50,541 nt of DNA. It comes from Nemertoderma westbladi (Eukaryota > Animalia > Xenacoelomorpha). This document shows positions 35,373 through 45,177 of this stretch, in pieces (the first letter of the stretch is position 1; every line of letters starts with the position of its first letter). Position numbers and translations under genes: made by a program. Below the pieces are notes generated by a model. The model did no database searches, was not told the DNA's origin, and saw only the letters and a program-made list of their open reading frames with translations. The stretch spans positions 1 through 50,541 of the forward strand of contig JAUCBJ010007534.1 of assembly GCA_032718475.1 (NCBI GenBank), read 5' to 3'.

Positions 35373-38095
35373 TTGTAAAGGTTTCTTCCAGTGCTTCTCA
35401 ATTCTCACTATCACACCTGATCGCCATCCAGTATTGACAGTGGTGCTATCACACCCAACTGAGAAATTCGAAAGAAACAACTTAAATTATATTATATTTT
35501 AATCAATAATTTTATATTTACCGTAATTAGTTTTCCTAACACAAGCCCTAACACAAACCCTAACCCCAAAACTAACTTCAACCGTATACCTAACACTTAT
35601 CTGAAATAGTTCTAGAACATAAATAAATAATATTGTTATGTAATTAATAATTAAGTAATTTAAACAGGACTTAGGATGACCCAACTCCATAGCAATTTTC
35701 CGATCCATTTGCTATAGAGTTGGATCTCATTATTTATTACATAGGAAAAAAGTAGAACTTTTTTCACTATTCTCGGGGCATTTTATTTACTGAGCGCCAG
35801 CGAAAAAAAAAAAATATTCTACAGTACGTTTTTTTCCCATGTATTACGTAATTTTATTCTTAAATTGGTATTTTTTTGTTGCTTAATTCTTTAATAAAAC
35901 ATACAGTGGTATAGTGTTACAAAATAAAATGAACAGTAGTAAAATCAATGCCATCCTATTCGAGCGAAAAGGTAACAATTTAAGAATAAAATATATTATT
36001 AATTATTGAATTTTAGATTAATGACTGCATTTTTTTTAATTTTTATAATAAAAAAGTTTTCAAATAAAATAAAAACAAATAATAGAACCGGGATGCAAAA
36101 AATCTGCCCATGTGGGTAGTCTGCCATATAACCTGCTACTGTAATATAGGGTAGACTTACCAACTTCTAGCTTCTTTAGAGAAATTTCTCTGGATTCAAA
36201 ATACTCGAGAATAGATGATGTTATACACATAGACTTTCCGGAGTCTGGAGTAATGTGACCTATATATGGACCCAGGTTCATCCAAAAGAACAATGTGTTC
36301 TTCTTTTATGAATCGACCCCTAGTTGCTAGTGTTACATCTCGTCTACCATCAAAATAAATTCCAGCTGGTTCTGTAATCTTTGATTCATTTTGTATATGT
36401 TCCCTAAACTTCTTCCGCTGGCGTCTTATTTTGTTCCGGTCCACAACTGGTGAAACTATACCCTCAACGCTGGTGTCCTGCAATGTGGCAGAACATATGG
36501 CAGCAGCAGCAGTGTCACTTAGTTGAAATCTATCAGACAGTTTTGCAATGGCCGGATATTGAGCTCGGTTTTGCCGATTGATTGAAGGACGAACTGATGG
36601 CCGTGGTTTATATGTTGTATCATGTCGATCATCATCAACAATACTCTCTGCGGAGTCACCAAAGTCTAAGGAATGTAAAACTTCAGTTGTGGAAGCAGAT
36701 TCCTCAAATTGTCGTTTTCTTCTTCCTATGACTCCTTTGATCCTGGAGAAAAGCTCTTTCACATTCAGGAACTTTCCTCTCTATTGGACAATCACAGCCA
36801 GCATCACTAGAACATTTACAGAGAGCTATATCAAATAATAACGAAAGTTTGTTTTCATGAGTTTTAATCATCGATTAGTTGGGATTTTCTTTAGTTTTTT
36901 ACTTATATTGAAAAATCCTTGATTCGGGTACCTAGTTGTGTTACAGATGAAACAGCTGGTATTCCTAATTTATTCCAGATTCCTATTATAGTATTGGCAC
37001 AACTTCTTGCTTCTTCATCAGTATTTGACATGCCTGTCTGCTTCTGCTCATGGAGAAAAAGTAGGTGCTTCATGCATTCTAAGGCCGTGGGAAGTTGGTT
37101 AGCTGTATCCAGATCTAATTTTTGGGAAGTTCCAAAAAACTCATAATTCCCCTTAGAGCGTAACATTATCTAAAACTATAGGCTACGACTCCTGCCAAGC
37201 TGACAGGAATACAGATCTATTATTACCTAAAGGCTTAAAAAGTAGGCCTTTAACGGACGTTTAGCTAGTAGAATAGAGCTAGGCCCTACTGTATACATGA
37301 AACAGGTACTAATAATACTTCCAGCTGATATGAGATGCACTAAGCTTAGGGCCTAGGCCTTCACTACGCTAAGCATAAGCCATACAATATACAGTACTGC
37401 ATAACTTTACCGGTACTGACGTGGTAGGTAGGCCTACCGAAATTGGTTTCAGTATTAGACTAGCTAAATCGAGTTAAAGTTAGTTCAGTACTAAGAAGTT
37501 CAAGAATACGGACCAAGAACATTATGGTTCAGATTAAAATTTAAAACTCCCTCCAAAATATCGGATTAAAGAATAAAGATGTTTGTTATCAATTTCATGT
37601 AATTGAGTTTGAATTTAATGAAACAAAATGTGAGATTTTTAATATGAACGAGTTGAAATGTAACCCACTGAAAATTTATTTAAATTTTGTTTATGGTGTT
37701 TGTAAAAAACTAATCTTCTAGGAGAATTTTAGTAATAATCTACATTTGCATTAAAATGATACACCTGACTACAAGACCTATGTGCTGGGGTTATAATATA
37801 TAATATTACCAAATTTCTTTTTTAGAAATGTTTTGTTTCGGTATTTAAGATTATATTAACATTTTGAACTATCAGAAAATAAAAAAAAATAACTTAAATT
37901 TTTCAAAAATTTTCAAAATTTAAAAAAAAATAAAAAAAATTAAATTTTCACTTTAGATGTGCTGGGGTCAAATGGGCACGAAATTATTTTTCGTTTTCCG
38001 TTTACATCGTTTTGATAAATTTCTCAAATAGTTTTCATACAGAAAATCATAATTTCGAAAAAAAGTGTTTTTCGATCTACTACCCTATTCCTCAT

Positions 38096-39120
38096 GGACC
38101 TCCTAAGCCACTAAATAAACCAATAGCTAACCCAACATCACACCATCTCTTGCCACAAATGTCTTTGTACCTGATAATGTTACTCTGAATGAAGAGAACA
38201 ATTTTAAGCTATTCCACGTGAGCTGCGCAGGATACTTCGACATAGTGGACCAAACTTATGGTCAAATAGTTATCGACAATAGAGATTTTGCTCGATCTGT
38301 TTGTCCTGAATTATTTCGATATTACGCAACAGTGGTGTTATGGCTTCGTATTATCGAAAATAAATCTAAGCTCGGAACACCACACTAACTGACGCTGAAC
38401 ACGAAATTAAATATTTAAATGCGAATCAGGTCCTTAATGTTACAGAGCCATTACACCTTTATCTATGCGAGATAGGCCTAACAACAACCTCAAATGGCGA
38501 GAGGTTCTATCCAACTTTTCCCGAACTACCGACAATTCCAGTTGGAAATCAGGGTGGATACTTTGGACAAATTACCATTGCATCACACACAGTCTATGAG
38601 GAAATACCATGTTTAGGCATCGTGGTGGAGGCATGCAGACACACTACAGTCGAAGCAGATATTGTCTACCATTCTGTGCTAAACACACAGCAAAATGTAG
38701 TAAATCGTAACCTGCTAGGCTATGGCCCGTTGAGTCAACGCAGATCAGGGGTTTTATCTCTCCTGACAGCTTTGGATATCACCATCGATCGGTTCCCCGA
38801 AGATGTTCCTAATACTGCATTTAACCTTAGTGTAATGCGTGAATTATAAGATCATCTGTTGCAGGTCCAAACATTCAAGATATCCCCAATTTAATTCCAT
38901 ACATTAACTTGTATTGGATTAATGTCTCAAACACTGATCTGCCATACCAGAAACGTCAATCCACCAACTCTGGCAAAACATTCCGACATATATATATTGT
39001 TACTGTCCAGAGACACTCAGACAACAGTAGGTGTAGCTATGACGTTCCTATTCCAATATAGGAGACCAGGAACCAATGCCATGATACCAACATGGGCATG
39101 TCTTACTCCTACACACGAAC
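38096..39120 (+). pseudogene. Endogenous viral element: capsid protein of a partiti-like dsRNA virus
   Basis: Manual translation: ELFRYYATVVLWLRII...NVTEPLHLYLCEIG...FYPTFPELP..VGNQGGYFGQITIASHTVYEEIPCLGIV...NRNLLGY. This matches my recollection of invertebrate partiti-like capsids. Frameshifts and stops are present. Confidence 0.8.
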
Positions 39121-39847
39121 CCCCTTACCCTGTATGTAAACGCCACTAAGTTAAAACCTGGTGGTTTTCCCTCAATATCCGGAACAGTAGTTTTGTGTCA
39201 TATGACACAAAACACACTGGTTGGGATCCTGCACCAACTCAGATCCCGTCACAGTCAAAACCATCGACATGAGTTAGTAAACCTACGAGTTAACCAGGAC
39301 AGGAAAACTGTGATGCCAATGACACGCCAACAGCACCAATGAGATGAGCAAACCAGGAGAGACGCCCCAGAGTTCTGAGAAGGGAGGGAGTTAGCCGTAT
39401 ACTCCCAGTGACAGGGACGCGACGATTGGAGAAGCGTCAACAAGGCGGTACTGGCCCGTCACACCGGATTCGCTGAAAGAAGACGGTTCGGTTAGAGTGG
39501 AGGAAGGCGGACGGATACGCAACAACGAGGAGACCAAGATGATCAGGAAGAGGACGTGGTGACGAGTGCTCATCTACAATGAGGATACTTCACCACTCGA
39601 AGGATCCTCAGTGACGCCTAGAAGGGTGCAAAGGTAGATCAACCCAAACTAAACTGCAGACTGGGTGAGTGCGATAAACACCTTCATTATTTAGCCCGAT
39701 TTGGGCAGGGCAAGTTAGTGAATGAGAGGGTGAAAGAGGTCGCCACAGAACTGTTTGAATTGTGGCGATCGGGGATAGTGCCATACAGTAGAGTGTACCC
39801 TATCTGGTAAATACGCGAGGGATTAAGTTAGTGGGGGATGGGCAGGC

Positions 39848-40460
39848 TTGAATGACACTGAAACCGAGGAAAATCCAGAGGATTCAGTGTTGTCCATCAG
39901 TAAGACCAATGGCGCCAAAAGTAAGCACGATAAAAGTAGTAAAACCGGCAAGCGAAGGGAGACTCACAACCAAGAAGTAGAGAAGACTAAGAAGACAAAG
40001 AAACGAACAAAGTTAAATGTGGCTACATGCAAAAGTGTTAGATCTTGACTGGATTCATACTCCTCCACCTGATTGGAGTAATACTGAATCTGAAACAGAA
40101 CCTGGTACGGATTCGACAGTAGATCCTGGTACAGGATCTGTACATGATGAGTCTGCTTTATCTGGCCATTCATTGGTTGATCGTACTAGCGACAGCGATG
40201 TCAATTATGAAAAGGATGGTTCAATCAGTGGTGACAGCAAGGAGTATGATGTTATTGATATCAACAAATGTAGAAAATGTCTCATACGATTCTGGCCCTC
40301 TGATTATCAAAAAATTGTTGGATGTGATTCGTGTGACAGGTGGTACCATAAATCCTGCACTGCTGCGTTTGCGTGGGTCGATACAGAAGCAAACATTGAC
40401 AATATTGTCTTCAACTTTATATATTATCATGAGTTCAATGAACGATTTGGTCAATTGAAT
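39848..40460 (+). pseudogene. Acidic region plus PHD finger, probably the C-terminus of a pogo-type transposase
   Basis: CRKC...VGCDSCDRWYHKSC preceded by a D/E/S-rich tract. Confidence 0.65.
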
Positions 40461-40859
40461 TGTAGAGGAAACATACTCACCCGCATAGGGCCTATTCAAT
40501 ATATACTCAAGCATTGTACTCAATTTTAATTGAATGACTGTAAGTAACTTTACTTATGAATAGGGTGTTGGATAGTTTCAAATTTGAAAAAACTTACTGG
40601 AATCGCTTTGTGTTTAGAGTTGAAATCAGTAGGCCTAGGCCAGCACTTCTAACCTATGCAATATATTGGTATATCCATGCAATATTTGTAGATATTTACT
40701 TATTTTGCGGTTTTAATACTGTTAATATACTGTTATCTTCATTGCAATATGTAGGAATTAAGCTCTTATTGTTCAGTTTTTTGGGCTGTTTTTTTTAAAC
40801 CTTGTCTGTGGGTGGGCCAATGTTGTAATGAGCTACTAGTACATTATCCATGATGGTTA

Positions 40860-41080
40860 TTTGGTAGTTAGTATCACATTGAACGGCAAACGTGTTACGT
40901 TTCGAGCCTTCAGTAGAAATTCAGTAGAACTTTGATCCCTGGGTTGTGGTGAACATCTGTTTTGATGGCGAGTTCGGTATCGATGAAGGTGGTCCTCGTC
41001 ATGAATTTCTAAGATCAATGATGCACGCCATTAAATATATATATTCTATGGAGAAGATAATTCTATGATGCTTGCACATT
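40860..41080 (+). pseudogene. Fragment of a G2E3-like HECT E3 ligase domain
   Basis: Manual translation FDPWVVVNICFDGEFGIDEGGPRHEFLRSMMHAI matches the HECT N-lobe motif F.GE.G.D.GG..REF. Confidence 0.65.
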
Positions 41081-41544
41081 AGCTAACACGTGCAAAAGTG
41101 TCGGGTAACATGTGTGAACGTATTAGTTATATATAAAAAATATTTCTTCACAAATGACAAATGTCCCTTTAGTAAATAGTAAAATAAATTTTGTCATTGC
41201 TTCGCATTTGTGATAAATAGAGCCAAAAATTAATTTTTCAAAAATTAACTTTATTCAATGTCAAAATATAGGTCGAATTCTTGACACTTTGGGTTAATGT
41301 TGTTCTAAAATAATTTTACAGATGCTAATAGATGAGTTTGAATATTATGTTCCTAAAAAAAATTACAAATTTTCATATGAATTGGTGGTGGAGCACCCTT
41401 TTTTTGAAAGGGTGTCTCTCAAAATGGGGTGACTTGATACTTGTTAACTGTAATTCATTAGCCTCTATGGCAGTAGGGTATATTGTAGGCCAAAATGTTC
41501 TGATACCAGTAGGCCTACCACAGTCTGATAGTCTGACCACAGTC

Positions 41545-41672
41545 TAATATGATAAATTATGATAAAACTAATTTCACGGATAATCCCAGCCCAAAAAAGG
41601 TTATCTGCAAGAGATCTGTGAAGCATCCTTACAATGTTTTGAACATTTCGAAATCCAGTATATCAGTTTTTA
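41545..41672 (+). pseudogene. pogo/Tigger DDE transposase fragment
   Basis: INYDKTNFTDNPSPKKVICKRSVKHP...SKSSISV, homologous to 2560-2750. Confidence 0.75.
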
Positions 41673-42028
41673 GCTTGTTTACTATCAGTATACCATGTTT
41701 GCTGGAACTGCAAACTTCTACAAGGCTATATGTACACAAACCCTTCACTATTACAGGCGAGACCCGCTAGTCAATGTCACAGCTCTTTATCACAATAAAT
41801 CGCTGGTAATCTGACAAATACATGTCTATGGCGTCTGGTTTATGCCCATTGTCAGGTTTTGCTGCTTCGCCTCCTTGAGCATATAGCGCATCCATTGTCT
41901 CACTAAGATCGCGATTAGGGTCGAGCTGGTCCTTCCAGCTGAGGTCTTCCATTGCTTTGGAGACTACTCGCTGGAATCATGTCTTCACTGCCTTGTGAAG
42001 GGATGTATCATGAGAATACTAGATGTAC

Positions 42029-42099
42029 AGGTCATTTAGGGACAGTGGGGTGTGTTTGATTTTTACCAGTCAAACACCCCCCACTGTCCCTAAACGACC
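42029..42099. repeat. Near-perfect ~70-bp hairpin (micro-MITE-like)
   Basis: GGTCATTTAGGGACAGTGGGGTGTGTTTGA / TCAAACACCCCCACTGTCCCTAAACGACC. Confidence 0.8.
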
Positions 42100-42820
42100 G
42101 CGGTTACATAGCAAAGCATTTCCACAATGCAATTTTAAGATTATATTTCACACCATACACGTAGGTCAGGTGGCCACTTCCCTTTTAAGGATAGACTTCC
42201 CCTGTGTCTCAGAACTGTTGTTGCTTTATATAAATTTACGGTCTCCCCTCGAATGGGAAAGAACACACCATGGACAAGGACCCAGTGGCGGTCCGTGGAC
42301 AGTGGACTCATTGAGACACCAAAATGTGAAGTTCAATTTAGCGGTGATACACCCCCCCCCCCCCCCCCCCCCCCCTAATAGTTGGCTGACTTTAAGAGCT
42401 TATATTGCTTTAAGATTACGATTATATTGCTTATAGAGCCAACCAACAAGAAACAACATACGCACACCAACAAGAAACAACATACGCACACTATCATTGT
42501 ATTTTACCCCCAGTGACACAGGTTTCCAATAACAATTACACAATGTAAGCAAACGAATAACCAGCCGTCTAATACATTGCACAACCCAAACGTAAATTAC
42601 ATCAAAGCCCCCAACAATGAAACATAAAAGGCCCTAAATAATACAGGTATGAAGAATAATTAATAGCACATAAAATTCACCTAAATGATTAAATCAGATT
42701 CCCGGAAAAATAATGTAGATCAGAATCAGATCTCCTATCTTTTTACTGTCACCTAGCTTGCTTACCTAGCTTACCTATACCTAGCTTTAAAGGACACTGA
42801 TCCAAATGATTCCATTCTAA

Positions 42821-44460
42821 CCTTCTCCTGGAGGCATCCTACGACATGCCATGGAGAAGCATCTTAGCAAAATCAACATCAATGAAATCGTCGTGGAGCT
42901 TCTCCGTATGTCTACAAGGGATAAATTAGAAGAATGGGTAGATCAACTGACTGAAGGTGACGTTTTTGATGCCTGAGTAGTTTCAGCAATATACGCTAAT
43001 AGTGTGTTTTCAGTAAGAGACGAGCCCCTGTCGCAGTTTGAAACAGCCCAATCAATGATCTTGGCCATGTCAAACTCTGGAGTTGGTAAGGGTGATTTAA
43101 GGAGGATGATTAACCAAATGAATCATAGTCAGATCACCACTAATAAATGGAGGTAAGACATCATGAGTAGGCAATATCGTATGGACCCTGGGACTTACTA
43201 GTGTGGAGCACAGTTAGAGCACAATATCCATTGTCTACAATGGGAGAAGCACATTCAATCCATCTCCATCTGTTTGGCCCTTCATAGCTTTAAACTGATT
43301 GAACCAGATATTACAGATGTACACGCACAGCAGCACCATTTCTATTGTGAGCTCGAGACAAATATCCAAACCATTCCCAATGTGATGTTAAACCATGGAA
43401 CATATTCACCCTTTTTAGGGCATATAACATCCACTGGTTTAATAGGAACCCAGATGCCGAACCCTGGGAAGGATCCAATAGCGTCAAAAGTTGTGAGGTT
43501 ATTGGGACTAGCATCCTTCTTATACCAAATTGTCAGGTCGGCTCACACCAGAGAAATGTTCGAGAATCCTCTATCTAGCAAGGATTGCTGCAGAGCATGT
43601 GGAAGTAATGACTGGATTCGCAAGGAGAGACATCCAAGGTTTAGGTCAATTTCGCCTAAAAGGTATGTGCCCTCATCATGTAAGGGCAAATAGTTTCTCA
43701 CCACAGATAGCTCCCCATCCAACTCTTCAACTTTCTTGATAGTCGTGACAGATACTAAACTCTTAGAAGACCTAAAGCTACCACCTCTTCCAACTGCTGA
43801 TTATAACACCTCGTCCTCTCTATCCCATATAACACCTCGTCCTCTCTATCCCAGAGTTTAGCTTTAACATTGTGTGGTAAAAGGATTCAATCTAAGACAA
43901 TGTCAATTCAAAATAGGCTTAAATATCAGATTCCTGGTCAAATCACACTCAAGGATTTTATGTACCATCTTGCTGATACCCATATAAGTTTAATAGAGAA
44001 GGACAGCCAGACTATATACACCCCGACACATCCCTTGATGACCTCTTCATGGACATATACCACTGCTACCAAGAAAACCTAGAAGAGTTAGAAGTTGTAC
44101 TTACATATATACACAAGATAATTAGAATCTCGGTCCTGACTGCCATAGCATATGGTAGACAGTTTATACCTGCTATAGAGGTCGACACGTGTCAAACATT
44201 GCCCAGGGTTATGTGAGAAGATTTTAGGATAAGCTGCATAGAGCAAGTGTCTGCAGGGTTATACCAAAGATTTACTCAAAGCTCTGATTTAATAACGTCT
44301 ATCATGGTATCTAGACATATACCTCTTGATTATCCAATAATATCTCCCCAGCGATCATGCCCTGACCCAGCGTGGTTAACTCGACTACTAGGAGGAAGGA
44401 TGACAAGCTGCAACAAGTTGTTTGAACTTCTCTGTCGTACACGATTACCATTAACAAAAT
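42821..44460 (+). pseudogene. Endogenous viral element: chuvirus-like (Jingchuvirales/Mononegavirales-type) L protein, late RdRp to capping domain
   Basis: One frame from 42821 with 3 stops: PGGILRHAMEKHL..NEIVVELL...SAIYANS...QFETAQS...C.....WEKHIQSIS...PFLGHITSTG (GxxT). A shifted frame gives GMCPHHVRANSF (HR-type motif). Further on, DPAWLTRLLGGRMTSCNKLFELL. Confidence 0.82.
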
Positions 44461-45177
44461 AGACTGAAAAAAGGTATGTGTATAAACATTGGAGAGGGAG
44501 AAGGAGGATTCATATGGTTATTATCTTGAATATTTCCAAACTTGAATTTCTATTATATTGATTTGTTATAATGATTATATTATATCTATTATAATGATTC
44601 CTAACACGATACGACTTATCATTATCAGATGCCAAGAGACACACCCTTGATAGACTGTAGTCGACCTTTGATCAAAGCATAACAGGTCGAACTAGAGGGG
44701 AAATCCAAGAATCTATCAAACATAAGTTTACCAACATTTATGTGATATTATGGAAGTCTAAGAGCGTATGCAGGATGATATGCATGCCCAGTTAAGGGGG
44801 CTTATGCAATACCAGGCAAAGCAAAAGCGCCGATTAGAACTGGTGCAGTTGGGATTATCTGAGAGTGAGGCCGGTTCGGGTAGTATTTATGAGGAGCCCG
44901 AAGTAATGGAAACGTTTGTTAATACCCCACTTACAGGTCCTGGACGACAGACCCAGGACTGGTGGTGTAACCGTACGGGCGGGGGTGGTAAGTAATAATA
45001 ATACGTTAGAAGGAATTAATATTAATAGTACCGTAGTAGACAACCCTAATCAAATCTTTATTGCAGGAAATAATATTTTGCCCAGTAATAACAATTCTAA
45101 TTTAAATGTGCAAAATAATTCAAATAATAATATTAATTTAAACGCACAAAATAATCCAAATAATAATATTAATTTAA

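Larger units (their letters stand above)
22233..37166 (-). pseudogene. hATm transposase, fragmented (pieces 37166-36161, 35458-35373, 34067-33250, 22414-22233)
   Basis: LFDIALCKC, GIYFDGRRD, KEEHIVL, GCDSTTVNTG, ICLLHLNELPFRH, PGPVNHSRWLTT, YAPVWFNI, PCHSQSVER...MPKF. GT-AG intron 36160-35459 joins in frame (LEV|VGCD). Confidence 0.88.
21337..38087 (-). mobile_element. hATm DNA transposon carrying nested BEL, BEL and LINE insertions
   Basis: Long TIRs (more than 400 bp) TAGGGTAGATCGAAAAACACTTTT... / ...GTGTTTTTCGATCTACTACCCTA. 8-bp TSD TTCCTCAT at 21329-21336 and 38088-38095. Confidence 0.93.

Noticed and set aside
40017-40529. Host PHD-finger gene
   Set aside because: No exon structure and the last Cys pair is lost; fits a transposase tail remnant better.
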